Shown here: positions 1 to 9,665 of the stretch, piece by piece | How the letters are laid out: each line of letters begins with the position of its first letter | Position numbering within the stretch: position 1 is the stretch's first letter | From: a virus | Taxonomy: Duplodnaviria > Caudoviricetes | IMG/VR virus record: IMGVR_UViG_3300024239_000352 | Coordinates: 1-55,633 of that record | Reading direction: 5' to 3' (one strand) | DNA length: 55,633 nucleotides | Made by a program: the position numbers and the translations under genes | The notes under the pieces: generated by a model | What the model was told of the DNA's origin: nothing | Database searches by the model: none | What the model saw: the letters and a program-made list of their open reading frames with translations, nothing else

Positions 1-1
1 T

Positions 2-3000
2 GTTCCTAACGTTTATAGACCAAAAGATCAACCTCTTCTGCCTTCTGAGCTGGCCAAGGTCGTCGACGATGGGTATCCTCGGTCAGCGACTGACGAGCAA
101 GCTTCGCAGAAAGAATCAGGCTTCTTCATAAAAGGTTCCGATCTTCCGACAGCCTATTCTGACGACGTCACCTCTCTTTCTGATTTCAAAAGAGGTAAAA
201 CCAAAAAGACAGGAACGGATGGCAACAAGCTTCTGAAAGACGCCACAAAGCCTGCTCCCGCCGGCTTAAGCGGCGGACACGTAAAGAAGTCAGGCGGGGA
301 CGCACCAGGAAATCCTGTTGGACCTTACGTCTCAAAGGTGCTTGAAAAGAACAGGTTCAACGCGTCGACCAATTTCGCCCCAGACGAAATGCTGCAACCA
401 CACACCAAGCTAGAGTCTCCTTCAATTTTTTCTGATCCTTCGTCCAAAGATCCAAGAGAGGTCTTTGAGAAACGTGCGAGATTCATGCCGCCGTCTCAGC
501 TTCAGTTTGGTGTCTCTGCACCTATCGACGATGATGCAAGAGGTTACGACTTTAGACGCTTGACAAGGATAGGTAACGTTCTTCAAATGAGAGCAACGGG
601 CGAGCTCAACTTTCTCGGGGGTAATCCGATAACCGACACCAGGGACCCTCTGGCTCAGCTTAGCGCCTTGGCTCCCGGCCTTGGTCAATTTGGTGCAGGT
701 GTTCCGCTGACCAGCGAATATCTCAACGTTGAAAACATCATTGCAGAGTTGGGCACCGATGATGGAAATGAAAAGAAGATATACAACAAAGAGTTGATTC
801 TGATGAACACTTTTGAAGGTGTGATAAATAACGTCTTCGACAAGTTCTCAGGATTCAGCGCGATCGGCATGCTTGCGACATGCCTAGCTTTGCTCGCCGC
901 TGTCCTTGTGGCTTTTGGAGCCTTGAGCTTGATTTTAGGTGACGGCAAGGTTGAAGGATTTCAAGTAAAAAGAGAAGCAGGCGGAGCAGGACGACCTGGT
1001 ATCGGATCTTTTTATGGCAATGGCGTCGGACCTGCCTCAGCAGACGATATCATCAGTGCATTTACACCCATTGGTGACTCTAGCCTGCTTCTTCGTTTTT
1101 TTGGAATCATGCCGACCAGGGTTGGTCTTGGTGAGGCCACCCGCAAAGGTATGCTAACATTCTTTGCTGTCGATGAAGACTTGAATCCGTTGAAGACGAT
1201 GCAGAGTCCAGGTTTTTACACGGTCATGGCCCGCTCCTTGGTGAGGTCAGCGGTCGCAATCGTTCTTGCCTTTAAGGATCTCGTTGAGCTGATCGCAACA
1301 GGCAATTTTGCCTCAAGCATTGAGCAGATATTTGAGGTCCTTGAGACCATGAAGACATCACGCTTCTTTGCGGCCATTAATATCTTTGCCCAGATAGGCA
1401 ATAACCTTACAGGGCCCGATGTCACCATCGACACACTCGACGCAGGAAGAAAGATTTCTGAGCTCGACGCCGCTGAAAAAGCTTATGGCAAGAGCAGAAT
1501 ACGAGCAAAAAATGTTATTTTAGGCAATCCAAACAAGTTAGCGTGGGCAACGAACAGAACACCCGACGCGTTGATGCTTCCTGCAAATGTTCACGAATTA
1601 TCGCTTGATGACGATTTAGGTTCGGGTCGTCTTTTGGTTGAAGATCCTTTGGCAACCACACGCTTTGAAATGACGACCAATGCATTTAATTCAAGGATAT
1701 CGACTGAAAAACGTGAAGAGATTGAGAAAAAATTCGACTCAGAGTTCATGCCGTTTTACTTTCACGACTTGAGGACGAATGAGATATTAGGCTTTCATGC
1801 ATTTTTGACGTCGCTAAATGATGATTACACGGCCAACTATGAGTCAATTGATGGTTTTGGACGCGTCGACCCGGTAAAGATTTATAAAAACACGAATAGA
1901 AAAATCGGTATCTCTTTCATCATCGCCGCCCTCGATGAACTTGACTTTGATTCGATGTGGCTTAAAATTAATAAATTGACAACGATGGTCTATCCGCAGT
2001 ACACACAAGGCAAAAGGCTGGGTGTTGAAATTAAAGAAAAAGGAACTTATCAGTTCACCAAACCTTTTACCCAGCAGATATCTGCTGCACCAATGATTAG
2101 GCTTCGATTAGGCGAACTATTCCGCAGTAATTATTCAAAGTTCAACATCGCAAGGATATTTGGAGTTATAGAACCAGGTGCTTCTGTTGGAGGACCCAAT
2201 AAAAGCAAGGTATTTGATGAAGGTGCGGCCGCCGCGAACGCGACGACAGACATCGGTAATCTACAAAAGCTTCCAACTATCACTGATCCTGCTTTCAAGG
2301 TCAAGCAAGGTTACAGGTTCAAGCCAGCTGACAGAACGTATAATTTAATCGACCCAGCGGCCTCAGGAGACAGACCTTCACAAATAAATCCATATACATT
2401 TGGCGTCTCACCAGCATTCATGCTCGAGATAACTAATCCTCTTGTTAACGACAAGGAGACAGGTCAGTCATATATTGAAGCTAAATTCGTTGAGCCTGAC
2501 GTTGAAGACACTAAATCAAGGGCAGCGTATGGACAGTATGAAGTAACATTGTTAGAGGCTGATGAAGATGGTGAACCTTTAAATAACGTGCTGAAAATTG
2601 GCGACGACAACATGCTTTTTAAAGTTTCAATCAGCGATTTACTCGAAATGTCACCCTCGACGTTCAAAAAATATAAGGAAGCTAACGGCATGGGATTGAA
2701 AGCGAATGCTGATTATGTTGCCAACGTGAAAGATTTTATCAACGAAAAAAACAATGCCATAACTAGGTCATTCAGGTCAGCCGGTGGAAAGGGCATAGCA
2801 GGCTTCATCGAAAGCCTCAGTTTTGATTGGTACAGCGCCACATGGGAGACGAAAGAAGGCAAGAGGGCTCCGAAGCTGTGCAAGGTGACGATGGCATTCG
2901 CACCAATACACGACATATCTCCAGGACTTGCAGCAGATGGCTACAATCGTGCACCGGTGTATCCTGTGGGCCCACACAACGCTGACTTAAAGACGCTGAT

Positions 3001-3019
3001 AAGCGAAAATGAGATATAA
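2..3019 (+). CDS. Large virion/baseplate protein with a tail-tube-like domain (5'-partial)
   Basis: The frame of ORF 338..3019 is open back to base 2. Segment MPFYFHDLRTNE..FHAFLTSLNDDY..GRVDPVKIYKNTNRKI and C-terminal GFIESLSFDW..P..CKVT..F.PIHD resemble tube-initiator/baseplate proteins; a LysM/tail-X gene follows. Confidence 0.6.
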   Translation, partial: VPNVYRPKDQPLLPSELAKVVDDGYPRSATDEQASQKESGFFIKGSDLPTAYSDDVTSLSDFKRGKTKKTGTDGNKLLKDATKPAPAGLSGGHVKKSGGDAPGNPVGPYVSKVLEKNRFNASTNFAPDEMLQPHTKLESPSIFSDPSSKDPREVFEKRARFMPPSQLQFGVSAPIDDDARGYDFRRLTRIGNVLQMRATGELNFLGGNPITDTRDPLAQLSALAPGLGQFGAGVPLTSEYLNVENIIAELGTDDGNEKKIYNKELILMNTFEGVINNVFDKFSGFSAIGMLATCLALLAAVLVAFGALSLILGDGKVEGFQVKREAGGAGRPGIGSFYGNGVGPASADDIISAFTPIGDSSLLLRFFGIMPTRVGLGEATRKGMLTFFAVDEDLNPLKTMQSPGFYTVMARSLVRSAVAIVLAFKDLVELIATGNFASSIEQIFEVLETMKTSRFFAAINIFAQIGNNLTGPDVTIDTLDAGRKISELDAAEKAYGKSRIRAKNVILGNPNKLAWATNRTPDALMLPANVHELSLDDDLGSGRLLVEDPLATTRFEMTTNAFNSRISTEKREEIEKKFDSEFMPFYFHDLRTNEILGFHAFLTSLNDDYTANYESIDGFGRVDPVKIYKNTNRKIGISFIIAALDELDFDSMWLKINKLTTMVYPQYTQGKRLGVEIKEKGTYQFTKPFTQQISAAPMIRLRLGELFRSNYSKFNIARIFGVIEPGASVGGPNKSKVFDEGAAAANATTDIGNLQKLPTITDPAFKVKQGYRFKPADRTYNLIDPAASGDRPSQINPYTFGVSPAFMLEITNPLVNDKETGQSYIEAKFVEPDVEDTKSRAAYGQYEVTLLEADEDGEPLNNVLKIGDDNMLFKVSISDLLEMSPSTFKKYKEANGMGLKANADYVANVKDFINEKNNAITRSFRSAGGKGIAGFIESLSFDWYSATWETKEGKRAPKLCKVTMAFAPIHDISPGLAADGYNRAPVYPVGPHNADLKTLISENEI

Positions 3020-3037
3020 TAATTACCACGAGGAAGC

Positions 3038-3337
3038 ATGCCAGCATTTAGTAGATACCTAAGGGACAGGGTTTCGTCAGACGGCAAAGGATTGGCGACG
3101 TCAGGCGCCATCGCCGTCATTAGATCTGCGATTCAGACAGGCGACGTTCCGATCGTTAAAACTTTGACGACGACTCAGGCAGACAGGCTTGACAGCCTTG
3201 CGGCAGCCCTGTACAATGACAGCAGATATTGGTGGGTTTTGGCCGCTGCTTCAAATATAGGATGGGGATTACAGGTTCCACCCGGGACAGTCATATTGGT
3301 GCCTGACATCAAGTCCGTCGAGGGGCTGGTCGCCTGA
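3038..3337 (+). CDS. Baseplate wedge / tail-X (LysM-like) protein
   Basis: DRLDSLAAALYNDSRYWWVLAAAS..VPPGTVILVP pattern; SD GAGGA. Confidence 0.75.
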   Translation: MPAFSRYLRDRVSSDGKGLATSGAIAVIRSAIQTGDVPIVKTLTTTQADRLDSLAAALYNDSRYWWVLAAASNIGWGLQVPPGTVILVPDIKSVEGLVA

Positions 3338-6300
3338 TGTCTTATTTCAACGACATAAATTCGTTTTATACCTTTTTACGTGAAGGCACGCTCGACAACA
3401 AATTTAAGCTGAGACAACAGCAGGGCGATAAAATCAGCCAGACAGACGCATCAGCGAAATTCGGCGAACAGATCAAGAAGCTGTACGTTGAGAAGATGTG
3501 CTCAGGAGAGCAAATAATCAAAGGCCTCATCGATTATGCGACTCCTGACAGTAAAAATTTTGACGCTGAGTTCGCAAAGGATTTAGGTTTTGTCTTCAAC
3601 ACGTTCTATCAAAAGGCCGGCCAGCTGAAGGCAGAGGTCTTGAACAACAAGGATTATTGGCAGTATCTCGACGGCGACGGCGACGTCCCAAAGCTGACGC
3701 CTCTTGAGGGCGATTTTTATGCGAGGCTGTGCGGCGCTGACCCTCCTCCCGGCGGCGGGGGCGGTCCTCCCATCGATTTGACCGTCAACCTTTTAAGGTC
3801 GCCAAAGTTGAATCCCAAGGGCAGAAATGTTAAGTCCGTTGACCTCTTCATGAACGCGATACCGTCTCTGTTCGCGTCCCAGATGGTGCCGTACTTTGAG
3901 GTTGAGTTTGAGTTTCCAAGAATACCAGACGGAGCAAAGCGCGGGGAAACTTCGATCAGGTTCCTAAATAGACCCTCATTGCTTCGTTTTTTATTGGGTT
4001 CAGAAATAGATGTCACGAAAATGCCGTTAACGGCTGCTGACCTCGCCATGATCGCTCCATTCAAAACAAAAAAGAAGGGAGACGATGGAAGGTATTTGAC
4101 GTCGGTTTTCGCCGGCACCGAGATGTTTACATCACCACAAACCCTTATCAACATGGATACGCTCAGCGGACCCAACACGGTCAGATTGAATCCTGCGCAG
4201 CCATTTCTTCCTCCTGCCACTTTGACGAACGGAAGCATTAGAATGGTCAACGCCGGAGCAGGAACGTTTGCCATGACTTATGCCGACGTTGAATTCAAGG
4301 TGCACGACCGCGCCCGTTTTGCAGAATTCTCAGAGTTTTTAAGGCAAGACAAATACACGAAGGACATAACCACGTGGATAACTTATGGTTGGTTGGCACC
4401 TCGGTCTCGAGGTTCAGAAGACGTTTACGCTCAGTTCATAAACGAGAACATGTTGGTCAAGCGAGCGTTCAGCCTGATGAACTCAAGCTTTTCTTTTGAT
4501 CCAACGGGTCAGGTCACGGTCAAACTAGGTCTCGTGACCCAGGGTGGATCGTCGATAGTCAACGAGCCACTGCAGTCGTTGGCATCCGACTTAAAGGGTA
4601 AGGACGTCATGTCGCAATACCATAGAGATCTAAAAAGGATTCGCAACAAGATATCCAAGGCAAGAAAGTATTTTGGGCAACCGAATGAAGGAACAAAGGA
4701 CATTCGAATGTATCAGGTCCTTGACGCTGCCGCTGGCGGTGCTGTCGAATTTGGCTTAAAACCAGAAGAGTTAGCCGAGATCAGCGACAACATGAAAGTC
4801 GCGATCGAAGCGAAGGACAATGGTCTTAGCGATAACGAAAGAGCAGAAGCGTTGAAGGCTGTTGAGGCGATCCGGGCGTTGGCTTCAGAGGAAAACTGGA
4901 ACAAGGTCAAAAACCTTGCCTCATCTTACGTTCAAGAAAAACTGAAATCATGCTCTGACGGTTCTTCTCCTGATCCGTTCATTCCTCTGCCTGATAAATT
5001 TTTCAACAAAGGAGCCGAAAAGATTCCTTTTTATTCCAACGATCTTGTCAGATCAACTTATGAAAGGATTCCGCCTATACCTGACAAGAAGGATAGGTTG
5101 CCTAAGAAGCCCGACATGTCGAAGGTGCCGACAGCTGAAAATAATCCCGAAGGCGGTGTCAAGCAGCTGTCACAGGAAGAGCTTGACAAAAAGAAACCTG
5201 AGCAGGCCGCAGTGCCGATCGTCACATTGGAGAGTTTGAAAATTTCAGGAGATTTGACGGGTTCGCTCGGCCTATCTTCACCCGTCACGCCGATAAAATC
5301 TCCTTCGAAATCTGCGCAAGGAAAAAATGTCGCCGCAAAAGAAAGCACAGCACCGACGACTTTTCAACGACGTATCGTTTCGTTAGGAAAGCTTTTTTGT
5401 GCCCTGTGTCTTCCCGCCATTCTTGGAGCCGCCAAAGAAGAAGGAATAACAGAGGTTCAGATTAATTTTTATCAATTCAACGAGTCGTGTGGACCATTAT
5501 CACTTCACAATATCGCCGAGTTTCCAATAGACTTTGATTCTTTTATCGATCAGTTCGGCTTCTATTGCCTGAAAAGAGGAGGTGACGTCATCACCTTGAA
5601 CGAATTTATGGAGTTCATCTCAACGTACGTCATCAGCGATAAAAGAGCGCCTGGTTATGGAATGAAGACGTATTATAACGCCTGGAACAGGGACAGCCCA
5701 GAACCAGTTGCGTGGAACGGTGATGCGAAGGAATTTGAATCGAAGATGGCGAAGTGGTTCCTCAAGTACAAGGAATGGAAATTGCCTGCCCTAACGATTG
5801 CAGTCGACTGCATGAAAGCAGGAGAAGACCCGGCGTCCAGATCTGACCTGTTGCTGTCGCTAGCTTCTACCGTGGCCCCGGTCAACAGCGGTCCCAATGT
5901 CAATATTGGAAAGGTAAAACGAATACATATTTTTGACGATTCTCTTGAGCAGTACTCTTTACTGAAGCAGAACCTGATCAAGCAAGAAGACGGAAGCTAC
6001 GTCGTCTATGGAACCGACCAAGAAAAACAGGCTTATTTGGACTGGAGACAGAGCCAGCAGTCTACCGCCACCATGGAAGGAAAGACAGCCAAGTTACCTG
6101 GTGGGTTGGCAATCGTCACCGGCGGTAAGGACGCCCTTCTTCAGTTGGTTCAAAGCATCATTCCAACGATTGATTTTGCGACCAATGGCACCATGATAAG
6201 CAACGCGACGCTGGCATCGAAGGTCGACGGCGTCGCAGGTTCTATGGCGATGCTTGGGACGACCTTTAAGGTCGACACACAGCCTTCTCCTAACGGCTTG

Positions 6301-6681
6301 ACGATGGCTGAGAACAATCTTCCGATGAGATTTTTGCCTGCACAATTGACGATGAATTCCATGGGCTGTCCGATCGCCGAGCTTTACCAAGAATTCTTTG
6401 TTAACTTCGGTACGGGAACCTCCATCGACACGACGTACAGGGTCACGCAGATCGTCCACAACTTCTCTCCTGGGAAGTTCGATACCAGCTGGACCTTTGG
6501 TTACTCCGATGGATATGGTAAGTTCTATGGAGCTGAAACCATGGGAGATTTGATGAAGCAGGTCGCGGGTTCTACGAACCCAGGAACGACGCCGACCGAC
6601 ACATCATCGAATGAACCTCCTGAAATTTTCACAGAGCAAAGACAGTCTAAGCAAAATAAAATTCCTCCAAATGGCAAATAA
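3337..6681 (+). CDS. Large virion protein, probable baseplate hub-like
   Basis: 1114-aa ORF coupled to the tail-X gene; C-terminal YRVTQIVHNFSPGKFDTSW resembles hub/late-control-D ends. Confidence 0.5.
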   Translation: MSYFNDINSFYTFLREGTLDNKFKLRQQQGDKISQTDASAKFGEQIKKLYVEKMCSGEQIIKGLIDYATPDSKNFDAEFAKDLGFVFNTFYQKAGQLKAEVLNNKDYWQYLDGDGDVPKLTPLEGDFYARLCGADPPPGGGGGPPIDLTVNLLRSPKLNPKGRNVKSVDLFMNAIPSLFASQMVPYFEVEFEFPRIPDGAKRGETSIRFLNRPSLLRFLLGSEIDVTKMPLTAADLAMIAPFKTKKKGDDGRYLTSVFAGTEMFTSPQTLINMDTLSGPNTVRLNPAQPFLPPATLTNGSIRMVNAGAGTFAMTYADVEFKVHDRARFAEFSEFLRQDKYTKDITTWITYGWLAPRSRGSEDVYAQFINENMLVKRAFSLMNSSFSFDPTGQVTVKLGLVTQGGSSIVNEPLQSLASDLKGKDVMSQYHRDLKRIRNKISKARKYFGQPNEGTKDIRMYQVLDAAAGGAVEFGLKPEELAEISDNMKVAIEAKDNGLSDNERAEALKAVEAIRALASEENWNKVKNLASSYVQEKLKSCSDGSSPDPFIPLPDKFFNKGAEKIPFYSNDLVRSTYERIPPIPDKKDRLPKKPDMSKVPTAENNPEGGVKQLSQEELDKKKPEQAAVPIVTLESLKISGDLTGSLGLSSPVTPIKSPSKSAQGKNVAAKESTAPTTFQRRIVSLGKLFCALCLPAILGAAKEEGITEVQINFYQFNESCGPLSLHNIAEFPIDFDSFIDQFGFYCLKRGGDVITLNEFMEFISTYVISDKRAPGYGMKTYYNAWNRDSPEPVAWNGDAKEFESKMAKWFLKYKEWKLPALTIAVDCMKAGEDPASRSDLLLSLASTVAPVNSGPNVNIGKVKRIHIFDDSLEQYSLLKQNLIKQEDGSYVVYGTDQEKQAYLDWRQSQQSTATMEGKTAKLPGGLAIVTGGKDALLQLVQSIIPTIDFATNGTMISNATLASKVDGVAGSMAMLGTTFKVDTQPSPNGLTMAENNLPMRFLPAQLTMNSMGCPIAELYQEFFVNFGTGTSIDTTYRVTQIVHNFSPGKFDTSWTFGYSDGYGKFYGAETMGDLMKQVAGSTNPGTTPTDTSSNEPPEIFTEQRQSKQNKIPPNGK

Positions 6682-6722
6682 ATGAAAACTACGGTCATGG
6701 TATGATACATCATGATGATACG

Positions 6723-7934
6723 ATGTCCATAGACAGGTTTTGTATTTCTGCAGGGGTTCTTGGTTCCGATCATCACATGACGATCGACTCTGATGGCATC
6801 AGCCTTAGCACCATGCCTCCTCACGACTGCTGGTTGCTCTCTGGACATTTTAGAAACGATGATCATCTTTGCTTAGACACATTACTGAAGCTCCATGGTG
6901 TCTGGTTCAATTCTCAACCTGATCAAAGATGGAAGAACATGATGGCATCCGTCGGCTGTGTTGAGGATGTTCCATGGTCAAAGGTTCTGCCGCCGAGTCA
7001 ATACAAGCTTCATGTAAAAAATCTAATAAAATCTGTCATTGCCAAATCAAAAGACATTTCTCAAGAATATTATAGAAACACGTGGCATCCATGCGGTGCT
7101 ATATTTCGCAGGTTGCGACCGGCCAAGATCGACACATCGACATACAAAAGCATCATTGACGCCGAAGGGCATGGAAACGGTGCATTGGAGACCTTCAAAC
7201 CATCGTCGGGAGGATACGCTTCTCAGGTGGTGTATGATCGTTTTGGAACGCGTACCGGAAGGTTGACCGTTGAGTCAGGTCCACAGATCTTGACGTTGAA
7301 AAAAGAGCATAAAAAGATCATAAAGTCTTATTACCAAGACGGACGCATAGTTTCACTCGATTTCGCAGCCCTCGAGGCCCGTGTCCTTCTTTTTGAAGCC
7401 GGTCATCAGCCTACCTCTAGCGACATCTACACACAGATTTCCAAAGATCTTTTTGAAGGCAGGGTTGAAAGATCCATCATCAAGGTGGCCGTGTTGAGTG
7501 AATTGTATGGGGCTTCTCGTGCTTCTTTGGATCACAGGTTGAACATGCCGTCAGCTGACCTTGACGTTTTCATAAAGTCGATCAAATCCTACTTCAAAAC
7601 GGCAATCCTGAAAGCACGCTTAAAAGAAGAGTTCGAAAAAAAAGGTAACATTACCAACAAGTTTGGTAGGCCTCTGTTCATCGATTCAAAAAATTCTGAT
7701 TATCTTCTTGTCAACACATACGCTCAAAGCACGGGTGCGGACATTTCTTTGCTGGGATTCTCTAAGATCACAGAGGCGTTAGGCTCTGACGGCATTCGTC
7801 CGCTTTTCGTTCTTCACGATGCCCTTATCCTTGATGTTCGACCTGATAGATTACGTGACGTGGAATCCATTACATCTATAAACATTTCAGGCTATGATCA
7901 TGGCTTTTCCATAAAGCCAGAGGTTATTGGATAA
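6723..7934 (+). CDS. Short family-A DNA polymerase-like protein (polymerase domain only)
   Basis: TRTGRL; motif A SLDFAALEAR; motif B K..LSELYG; NTYAQSTGAD; motif C LHDA. No exonuclease motifs. Alternative start 6702. Confidence 0.75.
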   Translation: MSIDRFCISAGVLGSDHHMTIDSDGISLSTMPPHDCWLLSGHFRNDDHLCLDTLLKLHGVWFNSQPDQRWKNMMASVGCVEDVPWSKVLPPSQYKLHVKNLIKSVIAKSKDISQEYYRNTWHPCGAIFRRLRPAKIDTSTYKSIIDAEGHGNGALETFKPSSGGYASQVVYDRFGTRTGRLTVESGPQILTLKKEHKKIIKSYYQDGRIVSLDFAALEARVLLFEAGHQPTSSDIYTQISKDLFEGRVERSIIKVAVLSELYGASRASLDHRLNMPSADLDVFIKSIKSYFKTAILKARLKEEFEKKGNITNKFGRPLFIDSKNSDYLLVNTYAQSTGADISLLGFSKITEALGSDGIRPLFVLHDALILDVRPDRLRDVESITSINISGYDHGFSIKPEVIG

Positions 7935-7943
7935 TTAAACTTC

Positions 7944-8216
7944 ATGAAACTTACACACGCAGCGCTTCGAAGATTGATCAAAGAAGAAATACAAAATCTT
8001 GCCGAGTCTGACGCCAACCTAGAGACCATCAAGAGTGACGTGTCGAATGTCCTGGACAACTTTGTCAAGTACAAGAGATATAGCGTCGCCAGCGTTATTT
8101 CTGCTGTTTATGCGTGGGCAAACGAGAAAAACGCTGATTTAAATACACGATCAGTAAACAAGGCACAGGACCTGACATCGCTCGCAGCCCAGCTAAGAAA
8201 ACAACACGGAATTTGA
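7944..8216 (+). CDS. Hypothetical late protein with LRRLIKEE/LAE tag
   Basis: ORF; ATAATTA at 7931. Confidence 0.7.
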   Translation: MKLTHAALRRLIKEEIQNLAESDANLETIKSDVSNVLDNFVKYKRYSVASVISAVYAWANEKNADLNTRSVNKAQDLTSLAAQLRKQHGI

Positions 8217-8258
8217 CTGATTGAACAATGACCCCATTTCCATGTTAAAATGGGAATT

Positions 8259-8855
8259 ATGTCATTAAGTCCCGAAGAGATCGCTGCAAATTTTGATAAG
8301 TTTCGTTCACTTTGCGAAAGGCTAGCCGATAGATCAACGGCTGCCCTCGCGCTCGTCGATCACTTTGCAGAAAGATTAGCTTTATGTCCAGCCTCGGGCC
8401 GTAAGGAATATCACCTTGCAGAACCAGGCGGTCTGGTGGACCACTCCCTTCGGGTCCTCGGCAATGCAATGAAGCTGTGCAAGGCTTTTGAGTACAATCT
8501 TCCCAAGGATTCTCTCATCATCGCTTGTCTCTTTCACGACATCGGCAAGCTCGGTGACCTAGAGCAAGAATACTACCTTCCACAGGATTCGGACTGGCAC
8601 CGCGACAAGCTCGGTGAGATGTACAAACACAACAAGGACATCAAGTACATGACCGTCCCACACCGCGGTGTCTGGTTGTGCCAACACTTTGGTCTGAAGC
8701 TCACCCAGGATGAATGGCTTGCCATCATGCTCAACGACGGTTGGGTCCTTCAGGAAAACAAGGCATATTGTCTAAAGGAAGGAACCCTCGTGAGCGTTGT
8801 TCAGACGGCTGATTATCTTGCAACAAAGCACGAGAAGGAAACGCTTGGTGGCTAA
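8259..8855 (+). CDS. HD-domain phosphohydrolase
   Basis: YHLAEPGGLVDHSL..LFHDIGK..VQTAD. Start 8259 is preferred over 8250 because of the TAAAAT box at 8246-8251. Confidence 0.85.
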   Translation: MSLSPEEIAANFDKFRSLCERLADRSTAALALVDHFAERLALCPASGRKEYHLAEPGGLVDHSLRVLGNAMKLCKAFEYNLPKDSLIIACLFHDIGKLGDLEQEYYLPQDSDWHRDKLGEMYKHNKDIKYMTVPHRGVWLCQHFGLKLTQDEWLAIMLNDGWVLQENKAYCLKEGTLVSVVQTADYLATKHEKETLGG

Positions 8856-8866
8856 TATTTAAAGTC

Positions 8867-9106
8867 ATGTCGGCCGACGATATTCTTCGCAAGTACATCA
8901 GGAACCTTATTGAAGAGGTTAGAGATACCCCACGTGTGGGTGATCAACTAAAAAATGCCGATGGTTCACCTGAAAGCGGAGATGACAACGATGATGAGAA
9001 TGAGAAAGAAGTAGACGAGATGAATGTCACAGCCCACATCGTCGGCCCGATGCTTCCTTTTGCAATGAAGACACCAGGGAAGAAAAAGAAACCCGGCTGG
9101 AGATAA
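8867..9106 (+). CDS. Hypothetical late protein with LRKYIRNLIEE tag
   Basis: ORF; ATATTTA at 8855. Confidence 0.65.
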   Translation: MSADDILRKYIRNLIEEVRDTPRVGDQLKNADGSPESGDDNDDENEKEVDEMNVTAHIVGPMLPFAMKTPGKKKKPGWR

Positions 9107-9415
9107 ATGAAAAATTTAATCCTTCCTTATACCGCCCTCTTTACGACGGGTGTAATCGGCGCTTTTGTCACAAAGAAGGTCCAAGGTGGATCACTTCCGA
9201 TATGGGCTCCCATCGGTCCATCAATCGTCAGCGGTCTTCTTTGGGGTTACATCTCTCGTCGTTCCCAAAACCTCAGCCTCATGTCGGTCCTCGTCGACGT
9301 CATCTACACGGCGGCGTTCGTCACAGGTTTCATCATCCTCGGTGATCGCCTTACACCTCTTCAGGTTGCCGGCTTCATCGTCTCACTCATCGGCGTCGCA
9401 ATGATGGCGGCATAA
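9107..9415 (+). CDS. Small 4-TM membrane protein (SMR/DMT-like)
   Basis: Four hydrophobic segments; ILGDRLTPLQVAG resembles DMT C-terminal hairpins. Confidence 0.6.
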   Translation: MKNLILPYTALFTTGVIGAFVTKKVQGGSLPIWAPIGPSIVSGLLWGYISRRSQNLSLMSVLVDVIYTAAFVTGFIILGDRLTPLQVAGFIVSLIGVAMMAA

Positions 9416-9510
9416 TCCTCACCTTCCTAATATTTAACATGTCGACCCTTCGACGCGGAATAGGATTAGGAATGAAAAACAACAACGTTTGTTCTGTCGG
9501 TCCCGACACC

Positions 9511-9540
9511 GTGCAAAGTTGACGCAAGGAATATTATAAC
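9511..9540 (+). promoter_or_regulatory. Sigma70-like promoter upstream of the SSB gene
   Basis: GTGCAA-N18-TATAAC, the same geometry as GTGCAA-N18-TATCAT (29376) and GTGTAA-N18-TAAAGT (36207). Confidence 0.5.
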
Positions 9541-9544
9541 AATA

Positions 9545-9665
9545 CAACCAACCGACACTGATGTAGGTTGACAACAGACTTGGATGTCTAACTGATGTGG
9601 CGAACCACATGCGGTGGTTCCACCTCGATTAGAGGTTCACAGCGGAAACGGAAAAGGAAAATATC
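9545..9665 (+). promoter_or_regulatory. Structured 5' leader of the SSB gene
   Basis: Consecutive hairpins CAACC..GGTTG, AGAC..GTCT, ATGTGG-CGAA-CCACAT (alternative GAACCAC..GTGGTTC) and ACCTC..GAGGT. Confidence 0.45.

Noticed and set aside
9558-9650. CTGATG...GAAAC resembling a hammerhead ribozyme core
   Set aside because: The core needs CUGANGA; both copies read CUGAUGU and the three-stem geometry is not met.
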